The position numbers and the translations under genes were made by a program. The notes under the pieces are model-generated. The model ran no database searches. It was not told the origin of the DNA and worked only from the letters and a program-made list of their open reading frames with translations. A stretch of 61,491 bases of DNA, the filler included, from Candidatus Fermentibacterota bacterium (GTDB taxonomy: Bacteria > JAFGKV01): NCBI GenBank assembly GCA_016928395.1. It is 3 parts of 3 records of this genome, joined end to end, with 100 filler letters (N's around TTAATTAATTAA, not from the genome) between each part and the next. Parts side by side here need not be neighbours in the genome. Positions count along the whole stretch, not along the records: positions 1 to 28,602 come from JAFGKV010000209.1; positions 28,703 to 48,705 come from JAFGKV010000211.1; 1 more part is not named here. The stretch is one strand, 5' to 3'. Below are positions 19,589-30,273 of this stretch, piece by piece. Within the stretch, counting starts at the first letter, position 1. Each line of letters begins with the position of its first letter.

Positions 19589-22500
19589 ATGACTAGGATT
19601 GTCGGCCACGCAGGTGGCATACTCTGTGTTCTTGTCATGGCATTAGGCGCGACCACCCATCGTGTCTCACAATCGGACAATGAGCTCATCCGACTCATTA
19701 TCGCACCCTCCGTCGATGACAGCGTCTGGTGTGGGTGGATCGGCCTTCCTCCCAAGGCCGAGGTGACGCGGTCCGAGGCCGAAGCCGCGGGAGGGATACG
19801 ACCCGTGCCATGGTCACCTTCCCCGCAGCTCGGAAATACGCCATCGGTGCACGTGGGGCCGGTTGGCCTGCTGCGGTACCATCGGGTCGTACCTGTTCGC
19901 GTCACCCTTGCGTCTCAAACCAAGGATGGCGCACCGGGCCTGCCTGTGGAGGTCGTGGTCTCTTTGTGGCTTCGCGGGGCGTCTCGGGCCGCCCCTCACC
20001 GCCCTGGATTCGACACCCTCCTCCCTGGCCTGGTGGTCAACTGGGACCAGGCTCGAGAGTGGACCGAAGCCGTGGAGGTGCCGGACCCTCCCGAGAAAGT
20101 CCCCGCCCCCAGCGTCAAAGCGCCGATTCGGGACGAGGGGCTCTACCGGCTGACATACGAGGATCTGCATCCGGTGACTCCCGGTTCGGATGAACTGGAC
20201 ACCCGCCGGATCGCCTTGTGGAACCGGGGCGAATTGGTGCCTATCCGGGTGATCAGCGCCACGACAACCTGGCAGCCGGGCGATTGGATCGAATTCTACG
20301 CCCATGGCGCATGGCGGGAGGATCCCCAGGGACGATGGTCTCCCAAAGAGAGCAAGTACACCCGCGACAGCCCCTACTACTTCGTGTGGGATGCCATCGA
20401 TCCGCCCCGCATGCATGACGCCGATGCCGCATCGGAAGGCATGACACCCGCGGCGTTCGGCTGGTGGTTTTCCCACCGGGAGGTTGACAGCTTCCCCTCC
20501 ATCAGCGGGCACCGAGGAGCCATCGACGATGAATGGTACTGGGGAGGGCCGTTCTACCCTGGTGAAGTCGCCAGGTCTTTCAACATCAGCAATCTCTTCC
20601 TCGATGGACCACGAGCTCGAGTCAGGGCGCGATTCATGGCCATCTCCGATGACACCACCGTGGCAATGGACCATGCCGTCACCCTCTTGGTGAACGGCGC
20701 CGCGGTCGGAAGCGCGTCCTGGGGAGGCTACGGCGCACAGATCGTAGACGGTGCGGATGCCGTCCTGCAGGGCGGCCAGAATGAGTTCATCATCCAGTCC
20801 ACCGGCATTTCCATCTCCGGGCTGCAACTTGACTACTTCGCCGTGCTCTACCCCAGGCTCTACAAGGCATCGTCGGGCCAGACCGTGTTCAGCCCCAGCG
20901 CATCCGGCACCCCCGAGTATCAGATTTCGGGTCTGATATCCGGCGTGGCGGTGGACGTCTTCGAAGCGCCCGCCAGTGTCAGGCTCACGCGTTTCTCCAA
21001 TGTGCCGGGCTCTGACGGCACAATTCGCTTCCGCCATGACTTCGCCGACACATCGCGCATCGTGGTGGTCCCCGAAACTGCATGGAAAGGCCCTGCGGAT
21101 CTGGCCGCACCCCTCTCCCCGGTACTGCCCCGCCCGCTCGTGGCAGACCCCTCACGCCGCGCTCAATACCTCATAGTCTACGGCGCCGATGAGTTAGAGG
21201 CCGCGGTGGGGTTTGGAGACTTCCACCTGTCCCGGGGTGAGGCGGCCAGCGCGGATATCGTTTCCGTGGATGATGTGTGGGACGAGTTTTCCTTTGGCAT
21301 GCTGAACCCCCATGGGCTCCGCCACTTTCTCCAATGGGCCCTCGTCAACTGGGCCGATCCGCCCGAATTCGTGCTGCTCTTGGGAGACGGCACTTGGGAC
21401 TACAACGGATACCTGGGCCCGGGCAAGAGCGCCAATATCGTTCCCAGCTTCGGTAACCCGGCATCAGACAACTTCTACGCCAGCCTGAACGACACCTCGT
21501 TCTATCCCGACATCTACCTGGGGCGTATCCCCGCACTCAGCGCCGCCCAGGCCGTTACCGCCCTGGCCAAGGCCCAGGCATACAGCGCATCGCCGGCATT
21601 CGACGCCTGGCGCAAACGGACCCTGTTCATTACCGGAGGCGCAACTGCCAGCGATTTCAGCCTGTACGATTTGTGGGTCAGCCTTCTGTACAATATGTTC
21701 ATCAAGACCCCTCCCTTCCTGGGTGCACTTTCCACCGTAGCCAAGGATGTGGAGGGCTACTGGCCCGGCGTCTACAACAGCACCGTCCGGGCCGCGATCG
21801 ATTCCGGCTGCATCATCGTGAACTTCTTCGGCCACGGCGCAAGCGGCACGTGGGATTACATGCTGGACAGCGAGGATGCCGCTCTGCTGCAGAACGGGAC
21901 CCGAATGCCTTTCATCTTGAGCCCGACCTGCTTCACCGGCGATTTTGCCGACCCCCGCGACACCGTATTCGCGGAGCATTTCCTCCGGCTCGACGACACG
22001 CAGCATGGCGCTATCGGATTCTTTGGCAGCTCAGGCACCTCGTATCTGGCCGAGGGATTCGAGTATGCCTGGGCCATGTTCTCCCAGCTCTTCGGACAGG
22101 GCGATCCGCGGCTGGGACCCGCCACTACCTCCGCGAAGCTTAGCAGTTGGCCCTGGCCAACCCATGTGGACTCCATCATGGCCTCGGTCTACAATCTTCT
22201 GGGAGATCCGCTGCTCGCCTTGGTCTTCCCCACGGAACCCGACCTGCATATCGACGACGCGTCGGTCTCGTTCGCGCCCTCGGAACCGGCGGCCTCGGAC
22301 AGTATCGCCATGCTGCTGTCGGTGACCAATGAGGGCATCGCGTGGCCCTCACCCGTCGTCGCGGAGGTGGAGCGTGAGGGCGCGATTGTCGCATCGGCCT
22401 CGTTCACACCTGATTCGCTGAGTAGCCGCGTGCTCCTGCGGTGGCAGGCGGGGCCTTCGCCGGGGGCCGAGATTCTCCTCGTTCGACTGGATCCCGACGG

Positions 22501-25500
22501 AACCCTGCCGGATCCGGATGCCAGTGACAACGATCTCCAGGTGCATCTCACCTTGCTTCGGCCACGGCCCGAACCCCTCATGCCCACGAACGATGCCATG
22601 GTGCCGGGTCCGAGCGTGGCCCTCATCGCCGCTCCCGTCGGCGACGAGGCGCACTACTTCCAGGTCGCCTCCTCCGACACCTTCGGTGCGGCCATCTTGG
22701 ATTCCTCAACAGCGACCCTGCCCCAGGGAGCCACGGTGGCATGGTCCTGGCAGGCGCCCTCCCAGGGCGCCTTCTGCTGGCGGATCAGAGTCGATGGCGG
22801 GGCCTGGTCGCTTCCCCGATGGTTCACCGTTCGGCCGCCAGAGGAAGGGTGGGCCCAGAGCCAACCCGCCCAGTTCTCGGGCTTGGAGAGGTTCAGGTGC
22901 GAAGCGTCGGCTTTGGGGCTGAGCCTCGAGGAGACCGCCAGCTCCCGCGACTATGCGACCCTCGCGGAGGGAGCGACCGTGAGTGAAAGTGATGTGTCGT
23001 CGTTGAATCCGTCGGCGTGCGGTCCTGAGAACCTCGTCGGCGGTACCACGATCAACACCGACTGGGGAGGCTCATTCTACTTCTCCCGCCTTGATGAGGA
23101 TCAGTGGGCCATTGTTGATCTGGGTCAGGAAAGGATAGTCAAACGACTCGCCAGTGCCCATGAGACTCAGCCTGTCACCAAGCGCGCGGTCTGGTCCTAC
23201 TTCGGCATCGAGAGCTCGACCGATGGGTTCGAATTCACCGACTGGGGCCACACTCCCGACTACACCGACTCAGGCTATGGCGCCTGGATCGCCAGCTATG
23301 TCGCCTACGAGAAGCCCGATCCCATGCCGGTTCGCTATATCCGGTATCGCTACGGCAAGTGCTATCCCTTCGGCCCCGTCTATGAAGGCGCCAGGGTCTA
23401 CGAAGTCTATGCCTTCCCGGCGCAGTACCCTGATTCCGGGTGGGCTCTCTCTCCGACCATCGGTCCGGCAGCCTCCTGGCTGAGCCTCTCCTCCGAAGGC
23501 GCCACCCCGCCGGGCGCCAGCGCGGTCATACGCATTCTCGTGCCGGGAACCGGCGACTCATGGGACATCGCGGGCGCCGCGAACCTGGGGACCGCGGCGG
23601 CGTTGAGCTGGCTGTCTGCCGCCGAACACCCGACGGTCCGGATCCAGGCCTCGTTCCTTAGCCCCGCGCGTGACGTCACCCCGCGCATGACCTCGTGGCA
23701 AGTCGCCTACACGACGATTCCCGACCTGGCAGTCGATCCCGATACTGTGCTGGTCTCTCCGCCGCTTCCCGAACCCGGGGCCAGCGCAACGGTGCAGGTC
23801 CGCATCGTGAATGCGGGATCCGCACCAGTACCGTCGGCTCGGTACCGCGTGGCGGTGGAGGAAGCGGGCCAGGAATCCCGGGTGCTGGAGCAATCATTGA
23901 CCGGCTGGCTGGCGCCGGGTACGGCACAGAGCCTGGAAGTCGCCTGGCAGGCCGTGCCCGGCGTATCCCACTTCACCCTGACGTTGGATCCCTATGATGA
24001 CATCGCCGAAGCCAATGAAGGCAATAACACCGCCTTCGGGGAGGCCCGTGTGCTGGGCAATCTCGCCTGGGGTGATACCGTGATGCTGATGCCGTCGTCG
24101 CCCGCGCCGGGAGAGAGCCTGACCATCTCGGCGACGGCGCACAACGACGGCGTGCTGACACTGGGCCAGACCATGGCGTCAGCCGTGTGGAGCGGCGTAG
24201 TGGACACGGCGTGGGCCCAGGTACCCCCGCTTGCGCCGGGACAGGTCGCGGATCTGCAGTTTCGCACCATGGCGCCCAATCTGCAGGCCGATACGGCGGT
24301 GCTTCTCACCTTGGATCCCGACACCCTTCTCATCGAGGTAAGCCGCGCCGACAATGCGAGGCTCGTGCCGGTGAGCATCACCCAGCTCGCAGATCCCGCC
24401 ATCGCCGCGGCAGTGGCCGATTGTCCGACGCCACCCCTGGGCGATCCCTTTGCCATCATCCTCTCAATTGTCAATTACGGCGGACGGCCCACGGGTGACA
24501 TGGAGGTTGCCCTCTCCCAGATCGGCGGATGGACCGAGCGAATCGCGGTACCCCCGCTGGCGCCGCATGAGAGCACGACGGTATCGGCGCCCTGGCCGAC
24601 GGGCGACGAGACGGCTGTGCTGTCGTTCCTGTTCGTGCTGGACCCTGACTCCCTTGTTGCCGACGGGGATCGGACGAACAACACGGCGGCCTTGGAGGTC
24701 TCGACCCAGAGGGCGCCTGATCTCCTGTGCACGGCCTGGGAGGTGCAGCCTCCCCTGCCGGTTGCCGGAACAGCAGCGACTCTGCTCACGAGCATCAGGA
24801 ATCGCTCCATCGACGTCGCGCCGGGCTTCACGGTTGTCCTGACGGATTCGACCGGGGCCGACACCCATCGCGTACCGGGCCTTGATGGGCAGCGCACCAC
24901 GAATCTCCTTTGGTATCTCTCGCCCAGTGCGCCCGGCGTCATGGGGCTGACCCTCGAGATAGACTCGGACGAGGAGGTCGCCGAGGCGTGCGAGAACAAC
25001 AATGTTCTTTTCGTCGCCGTGAGCATCGCCACCCCGTGGGACTTGGCCGTCACCGAGGCCGACCTGCAGCGGGTCGACCCGTCGCAACCCTTCGTATCGT
25101 GGGACTCCCTTGCCGTGGCCATCACGGTGCACAATGAGGGTGACGAGACCTCGCCGCCGGCACTGGTTGAGTGCTACGATGGTCTCCCGGAGGCATCGGG
25201 GATACTCTGGCGATCATTGCAGACAGACTCCATCGCGCCCCACGCATCCCAGACTCTGGGCGCCTGGTGGCCCTCAGGGACGACTCCGGGGTTCCATGTC
25301 ATGGCCGTCCTGATCGATCCGAAGGAAGAGCTGGCGGAGTGGCACAGATCCAACAACCGTGCCACTCGAACCATCGAGGTCTTGGCGGATACGATTCCAC
25401 CCGAAGTTGAGATCGCGCCGCCGTGGGCCGGGTTCCAGGAAGAGGGCTATCTCACCGTGGAGGACACCCTCCGTGTCCGGGCGTGGGATGCAGCCAGCGG

Positions 25501-25993
25501 CGTCACATCGCTGAGTTTGCTGCTGGACGGCGCACCAGTGACGTGTCCTCCAACGAGCCCTGACACATCCGCCGGTATCCCCGGTATTATGGTACGAACC
25601 CCGGCCCTGGGAATGGCCGGCCCCCACACCCTCACCGCCCGCGCCACAGACCGGGCAGGCATGGCACGCGAAGCAGAGCTCTCCTACACGATTTCCGGAG
25701 GCCTGGTACTGACCGATGTCGCGGCGGTGCCGAGCCCGGCCTCGGGGCCGACGTGGATCACCGCCAAGGTCTCCATGCCGGGAGACCTGCGCATCGGCAT
25801 CTACACCCCATCGGGACGCCTGATCCGGCTCCTAGAGGCATCGGTGGCCCACCCCAGCCGCGCCGGTGCGCAGTGGGATCTCTTGGATCAGGATGGTGAC
25901 CGGGTGGCCAATGGTGTCTACCTTGTGCACATGGTGCTTTGGCGGCTGGATGGGTCAGCGCAGGGCAAGGGATCCTTGGTGGTGAGGAGATGA
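19589..25993 (+). CDS. Large secreted C25 (gingipain-family) cysteine peptidase with CARDB repeats, discoidin-like module and FlgD-Ig/T9SS-like C-terminus
   Basis: FVLLLGDG, DIYLGRIP, NFFGHG (His), SPTCFTG (Cys), YNLLGDP; repeated PDL..N.G..LDP..E..E.NN units; C-terminal WDLLDQDGDRVANGVYLV. Confidence 0.88.
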   Translation: MTRIVGHAGGILCVLVMALGATTHRVSQSDNELIRLIIAPSVDDSVWCGWIGLPPKAEVTRSEAEAAGGIRPVPWSPSPQLGNTPSVHVGPVGLLRYHRVVPVRVTLASQTKDGAPGLPVEVVVSLWLRGASRAAPHRPGFDTLLPGLVVNWDQAREWTEAVEVPDPPEKVPAPSVKAPIRDEGLYRLTYEDLHPVTPGSDELDTRRIALWNRGELVPIRVISATTTWQPGDWIEFYAHGAWREDPQGRWSPKESKYTRDSPYYFVWDAIDPPRMHDADAASEGMTPAAFGWWFSHREVDSFPSISGHRGAIDDEWYWGGPFYPGEVARSFNISNLFLDGPRARVRARFMAISDDTTVAMDHAVTLLVNGAAVGSASWGGYGAQIVDGADAVLQGGQNEFIIQSTGISISGLQLDYFAVLYPRLYKASSGQTVFSPSASGTPEYQISGLISGVAVDVFEAPASVRLTRFSNVPGSDGTIRFRHDFADTSRIVVVPETAWKGPADLAAPLSPVLPRPLVADPSRRAQYLIVYGADELEAAVGFGDFHLSRGEAASADIVSVDDVWDEFSFGMLNPHGLRHFLQWALVNWADPPEFVLLLGDGTWDYNGYLGPGKSANIVPSFGNPASDNFYASLNDTSFYPDIYLGRIPALSAAQAVTALAKAQAYSASPAFDAWRKRTLFITGGATASDFSLYDLWVSLLYNMFIKTPPFLGALSTVAKDVEGYWPGVYNSTVRAAIDSGCIIVNFFGHGASGTWDYMLDSEDAALLQNGTRMPFILSPTCFTGDFADPRDTVFAEHFLRLDDTQHGAIGFFGSSGTSYLAEGFEYAWAMFSQLFGQGDPRLGPATTSAKLSSWPWPTHVDSIMASVYNLLGDPLLALVFPTEPDLHIDDASVSFAPSEPAASDSIAMLLSVTNEGIAWPSPVVAEVEREGAIVASASFTPDSLSSRVLLRWQAGPSPGAEILLVRLDPDGTLPDPDASDNDLQVHLTLLRPRPEPLMPTNDAMVPGPSVALIAAPVGDEAHYFQVASSDTFGAAILDSSTATLPQGATVAWSWQAPSQGAFCWRIRVDGGAWSLPRWFTVRPPEEGWAQSQPAQFSGLERFRCEASALGLSLEETASSRDYATLAEGATVSESDVSSLNPSACGPENLVGGTTINTDWGGSFYFSRLDEDQWAIVDLGQERIVKRLASAHETQPVTKRAVWSYFGIESSTDGFEFTDWGHTPDYTDSGYGAWIASYVAYEKPDPMPVRYIRYRYGKCYPFGPVYEGARVYEVYAFPAQYPDSGWALSPTIGPAASWLSLSSEGATPPGASAVIRILVPGTGDSWDIAGAANLGTAAALSWLSAAEHPTVRIQASFLSPARDVTPRMTSWQVAYTTIPDLAVDPDTVLVSPPLPEPGASATVQVRIVNAGSAPVPSARYRVAVEEAGQESRVLEQSLTGWLAPGTAQSLEVAWQAVPGVSHFTLTLDPYDDIAEANEGNNTAFGEARVLGNLAWGDTVMLMPSSPAPGESLTISATAHNDGVLTLGQTMASAVWSGVVDTAWAQVPPLAPGQVADLQFRTMAPNLQADTAVLLTLDPDTLLIEVSRADNARLVPVSITQLADPAIAAAVADCPTPPLGDPFAIILSIVNYGGRPTGDMEVALSQIGGWTERIAVPPLAPHESTTVSAPWPTGDETAVLSFLFVLDPDSLVADGDRTNNTAALEVSTQRAPDLLCTAWEVQPPLPVAGTAATLLTSIRNRSIDVAPGFTVVLTDSTGADTHRVPGLDGQRTTNLLWYLSPSAPGVMGLTLEIDSDEEVAEACENNNVLFVAVSIATPWDLAVTEADLQRVDPSQPFVSWDSLAVAITVHNEGDETSPPALVECYDGLPEASGILWRSLQTDSIAPHASQTLGAWWPSGTTPGFHVMAVLIDPKEELAEWHRSNNRATRTIEVLADTIPPEVEIAPPWAGFQEEGYLTVEDTLRVRAWDAASGVTSLSLLLDGAPVTCPPTSPDTSAGIPGIMVRTPALGMAGPHTLTARATDRAGMAREAELSYTISGGLVLTDVAAVPSPASGPTWITAKVSMPGDLRIGIYTPSGRLIRLLEASVAHPSRAGAQWDLLDQDGDRVANGVYLVHMVLWRLDGSAQGKGSLVVRR

Positions 25994-26007
25994 AACGAAG
26001 AGGGGAA

Positions 26008-26089
26008 TGATGGACGAATGGACGAATGGATGAATGGACGAATGGACGAATGGATGAATGGACGAATGGACGAATGGATGATTGGATGG
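26008..26089 (+). repeat. Tandem octamer repeat (GAATGGAY) x8 plus degenerate units
   Basis: Units every 8 bp from 26016 to 26079 with a C,C,T higher-order pattern; 14-bp inverted partner at 26268-26281. Confidence 0.9.
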
Positions 26090-26350
26090 GAGGATAGCTC
26101 GCTTCGCGAGCAGGCTCAGGGGTTCAGGGTTCGGATTCAGTCGATCATGGGATGGGCCGTCGACTGCCGCTCCTCCCTTTCGCAAAGAGGTTGGGAGGGT
26201 TTTGCCCTTGGATGAATGGAACGATGGAACGACGAAACGAGCACCGGATCCCCACCCATCCACCCATCCATCCAATCATCCGCCCCTCACCGTGAACCTA
26301 TGACTATTCTACTATTAGAATAGTTCACATCCTGAGGAGTCCACACGACA

Positions 26351-27958
26351 ATGAGCCGAAAGAGCCGGGTCCGAGCCCTGGTAATCACGGAAGAACCCCG
26401 CCATCCGGACCTCACCCCTGTGCCACGACCCTTGATCATGATCACGGCATTCGTCTCCGGCATGGCCGTCATGGTGCTGGAGCTCATGGGCTCCCGGGTC
26501 ATCGGCCCATTCTACGGCGTGAGCCTTTATGTCTGGGCTTCGCTCATTGCGACGGCGCTGGTCGCCCTGTCCCTGGGCTACTGGCTCGGAGGACGCCTGG
26601 CAGACCGCAAGGCGAGCGGAGCCTATCTCTACGGCGGCATTCTCCTGGCCGCAGCGTTCATCTGCCTGGTGCCTGTGCTGCGCAGACCCGTGCTTCAACT
26701 CACCGCGCCCATGGGCGTCAGATTGGGTTCTCTGGCCAGTTCGATCCTCCTCTTCCTTCCTCCCATCGCCTGCCTCGGCATCGTGGCCCCCTATACCGTG
26801 AAGCTGCACTCCCAAAGTCTTGAATCGTTGGGTGGATCGGCAGGGAGTCTCTACGCGATTTCCACCGTGGGCAGCGTGGTGGGAACACTGCTCACAGGGT
26901 TTTTTCTCATCCCTTCCCTCCCCATGGACGCCATCATCCTGGGGCTGGGGGTGGCGCTGGCCTTGATGAGCCTGACCTTCTGGATTCTTCGCCACCGAGG
27001 CCGAGGCATAGCGGCCTCCTTGGTCGTGATAGCGATGGCGATGGGGATTCTCGCCGGCGGCGGCTCGAGCTTCGCTCAGTTGCAGCGCATGGGGATTCGC
27101 ATCCTCCTTGCCAAGGAGACCCCGTATGGCCAGTTGAAGGTCATGGATTCGGGCGGGGTGCGGTACATGCTCGTCAATGGCAGTTTCCAGGGGGAAGCCA
27201 ACCTGGATACCGGGCGGTCCACCGCGCCCTACATCCACCTCTTGGCCGCCGCCTGCCGGGAGTATGCGCCCGACGCAACCCGTGCCCTCTGCATCGGTTT
27301 GGGAGCAGGAAGCCTGCCAAACCTGATTCAGAGGCCCGGAATGGCGGTGGACGCCGTAGAGATTGACAGAACGGTGGTTGACGCGGCCACGCGGTTCTTC
27401 GGCTACATCCCGGCCCAGGGTACCACCTTCGTGGAGGACGGCCGCCGATACGTGGCCACGGCAGATACGGAGTATGACGCTATTCTGCTGGATGCCTTCG
27501 CTTCTGAGGCCATTCCCGAGCACCTCCTCACCGCGGAGGCATTTGCAGAGTACGCGCGGCTGCTGGGGCCTCGCGGGATCCTCGGCATCAATCTCGTGGG
27601 GTTCACCGAAGGCCCTCATCGCCGGGTACCCCTGGCGGTAGTCCGCACCATGGGCAGCGTGTTCGCCCACGTCCAGATCTGGTTCATTCCGCAGGAATCC
27701 TCCCGCGCCTTCGGGAGCATCATCATCATCGCATCGGCCTCACCGCTGCCAGGGATCGATCTGGCCGAATCAACGCGGCAAACCCTGAGAAACCAGGCAT
27801 CGACCGCGAGCGTCGGGCGATTCGACTGGGAAGGCGCCCCGGAGGGGATACTCCTTACCGATCAGCATAACCCTGTTGCAGCATGGAATGCACCGGTGGA
27901 CCTGGCCATCCGCCAACAGGTGCTTCAGTACATGCCCTGGCCCGTATTGATGGGATGA
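26351..27958 (+). CDS. Fused membrane domain / spermidine-synthase-like SAM-fold protein
   Basis: FVSGMAVMVLELMGSR, YAISTVGSVVGT membrane block; LCIGLGAGSL, AVEID, EDGRRY, ILLDAF, LLTDQHNP. Confidence 0.88.
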   Translation: MSRKSRVRALVITEEPRHPDLTPVPRPLIMITAFVSGMAVMVLELMGSRVIGPFYGVSLYVWASLIATALVALSLGYWLGGRLADRKASGAYLYGGILLAAAFICLVPVLRRPVLQLTAPMGVRLGSLASSILLFLPPIACLGIVAPYTVKLHSQSLESLGGSAGSLYAISTVGSVVGTLLTGFFLIPSLPMDAIILGLGVALALMSLTFWILRHRGRGIAASLVVIAMAMGILAGGGSSFAQLQRMGIRILLAKETPYGQLKVMDSGGVRYMLVNGSFQGEANLDTGRSTAPYIHLLAAACREYAPDATRALCIGLGAGSLPNLIQRPGMAVDAVEIDRTVVDAATRFFGYIPAQGTTFVEDGRRYVATADTEYDAILLDAFASEAIPEHLLTAEAFAEYARLLGPRGILGINLVGFTEGPHRRVPLAVVRTMGSVFAHVQIWFIPQESSRAFGSIIIIASASPLPGIDLAESTRQTLRNQASTASVGRFDWEGAPEGILLTDQHNPVAAWNAPVDLAIRQQVLQYMPWPVLMG

Positions 27959-28455
27959 GAAGGCAGATGCGTACGGCACGACGGGCAATGATGGGTGCAG
28001 CGCTAACTGCTGCGCTGCACCTCTCCTGTGCGAGCCCGCCGGAATCGCTCCCTGCCGTGGATTCGACCCCTGTCCCGCAGAACCCTCAGGACCCGGATAT
28101 CCGGCGTGTCCTGGATTCCTACTTTGCCTCATGGTCTGCCGGTGACATGGCTACCTATCGCTCGCTGTTCCACGACAAGGCAGTCATCGTCGCCACTGCC
28201 GGAGGAATCGCTGTCTACTCGTTGGGGGTGGACGAGTTCGTTCGCATGCAGGAGAAGGCCCAGGCCGCCCGCATCCGCACCGAACGCATGACCTCGCTGG
28301 AGGTCAGAGGAGATTCAATGGCGGCAGTGGCCAGGGTGGAGTGGCTCCTCACCGGCGGCCCCCGCGAGATGCGGGGGGTAGACCTGTTCACCCTCATGCG
28401 CGACCACGCCGGGGCCTGGAGGATCACCCACCTCTTGTTCTACGGCACAGACTGA
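27955..28455 (+). CDS. NTF2-like (SnoaL/lumazine-binding-type) protein, probably a lipoprotein
   Basis: LHLS-C lipobox-like; IRRVLDSYFASW..LFHDKA..GVDLFTLMR..WRITHLLF. Confidence 0.7.
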   Translation: MRRQMRTARRAMMGAALTAALHLSCASPPESLPAVDSTPVPQNPQDPDIRRVLDSYFASWSAGDMATYRSLFHDKAVIVATAGGIAVYSLGVDEFVRMQEKAQAARIRTERMTSLEVRGDSMAAVARVEWLLTGGPREMRGVDLFTLMRDHAGAWRITHLLFYGTD

Positions 28456-28523
28456 CAGGAACGATCCCGCATCCAGCGGTGCGGGACCAAGTGCCCTCCC
28501 GCGCGCCACACTCGAAGACTTAG

Positions 28524-28602
28524 TTCGTCGATTACGATTACGACAACGACAGCGATACCGACCCTCTTCCCCGCCACCGGAGGGCGACCAGGGACGGTCG
28601 CC
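28524..28602 (+). repeat. Partial copy of modular intergenic repeat at contig end
   Basis: TCGTCGATTACGATTACGACAACGACAGCGAT and GGGCGACCAGGGACGGTCGCC match 54768-54840. Confidence 0.75.
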
Positions 28603-28702
28603 NNNNNNNNNNNNNNNNNNNNNNNNNNNNNNNNNNNNNNNNNNNNTTAATTAATTAANNNNNNNNNNNNNNNNNNNNNNNNNNNNNNNNNNNNNNNNNN
28701 NN
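28603..28702. other. Artificial contig linker
   Basis: N-run, TTAATTAATTAA (six-frame stop), N-run; 100 bp. Confidence 0.99.
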
Positions 28703-30273
28703 GGCAGCGGATCCTGCGCATCCTCCGCGACAAGCTCGGCACGGCATCATCCGACAGACCTCTGCTGGCGGTGGTGGCCGGCGGTACGAATGTAGGCAAG
28801 AGCACCGTATGCAATCTGCTGGCGGGCATGCAGGTCAGCACCGTTTCGGCCTTGGCGAGAAAGACCAGGTCACCAGTGGTGTGCGGGGCAGCACCCGGCG
28901 ATCGTTCTCTGCTCCCCGGTGTGCGCAGCATGAGGGTGGTTGGGGAAGCAGGGAGTGCTGAGGTCGACGAACCGACCGTATTCATTACCGAGACGCCATT
29001 TCCCCCAACCGGATGCCTTCTCATCGATTCTCCGGATATGGACAGCGACTATCTTCCCAACCAGCTCTGGGCGTGGCGGCTCCTGGATGCCGCGGACGCC
29101 GTGGTTCTGGTGGTAACCCCCGAGAAGTACCACGATGCCGCAGTCAGCGACTTTCTCGTCGAGGCGGCCATGCTTGGTAGGGCGTTGGTTGGGGTGATGA
29201 ACAAGTCGGAAAGCGCGGAAGCCTTTGAGGATTTTGTGCGCATGGTATGGCGACCCGTGGCGGCGGATGCCCCCGTGGTAGAGATCCCCCGTCGGCTCGA
29301 TTTGAGTGGAGAGGGCGCCCCATTGCGGGAGATTGTGGAGGGATGGTGCGCCAGAGCCCGGCAGATCAAGGCGGCGTCTCTGGATGGATCCGCCCGGGTC
29401 CTTGGCAGAGAGCTGGAGGCACTCACGGACCTGGCGGCCCGGGAACAGCGGTGGCTTGCCGAACTCCATGAAGGCATCGGCACGGCACTGGATGAGGCGC
29501 TACATTCCTACCGGCGTCAGATCTCCGGTGAGCGGTTCGAGGAGCTCGATCGCGTGTTCCGGCGCTTGATGCGCGAGTTCCGGATACCGGTAGTCGATGA
29601 TTTCTACGATGGCGTCAGGTCGGTGACCACGATTCTTGCGGGACGGATCAGGGGCCTTCTGGGCGGATCGGGTGATGACAAGAAGGCAGTGCAACGGGAA
29701 CGCGAGCATCAGAGGATTGCCGATGTGTGCCAGGGCCTCGTCGTATCCCTCTCGCGGCAGATGGATGCCGTGCCTCTGGCCCTTCGCTCCCAAAGCGGCC
29801 CGTGGAGGGCGGCAGTTCCCCAGTGTCCGGATCGAGCGCATCTCGGTTCCTTTCTGGCGTCCGCTGAACATGACGTGGAGCGTTGGGTTGCGGACGAGAG
29901 CGCGGCAATAGCTCGAACCATCGGCTCGAAGCCCGGTGTTCGCCGATCCTTGGTGGCGATGAAGTCCAGCCTCCAGATAGGCGCCGGCGTATTGGGAGTC
30001 GTGCTCACCGGTGGGTTGGACATGAGTGACCTTGCCATCGCCCCGGTGGTAGAGCGGTTGACGGCGTTTCTGCTGGAGAGGGGCCTCGGCTACCCCTATT
30101 TCGCACGGAGTCGATCGCGTCTTATGGCGGTACGAACCGAGGCGCTCAAGCGCTACCTGGAGGCATTGGTATCCCCCTTGCGCGCCGCCATTCCTCAATC
30201 TGATCCCGAGCTGGTGCGGCTGCTGCAGCAGGCCGCGACCCAGGTTCCGGGCGCAAGGGAACTACTGCAGTGA
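28703..30273 (+). CDS. Dynamin-like/YfjP-type GTPase 1 (5' truncated by contig edge)
   Basis: G1 GGTNVGKST, G3-like DSPD, G4 NKSE; helical C-terminus with hydrophobic segment; frame open to the contig start. Confidence 0.8.

Noticed and set aside
28603-28702. TTAATTAATTAA palindrome within N runs (also 48706-48805)
   Set aside because: Artificial six-frame-stop scaffold linker; purN and GTPase 1 truncations are assembly effects, not pseudogenes.
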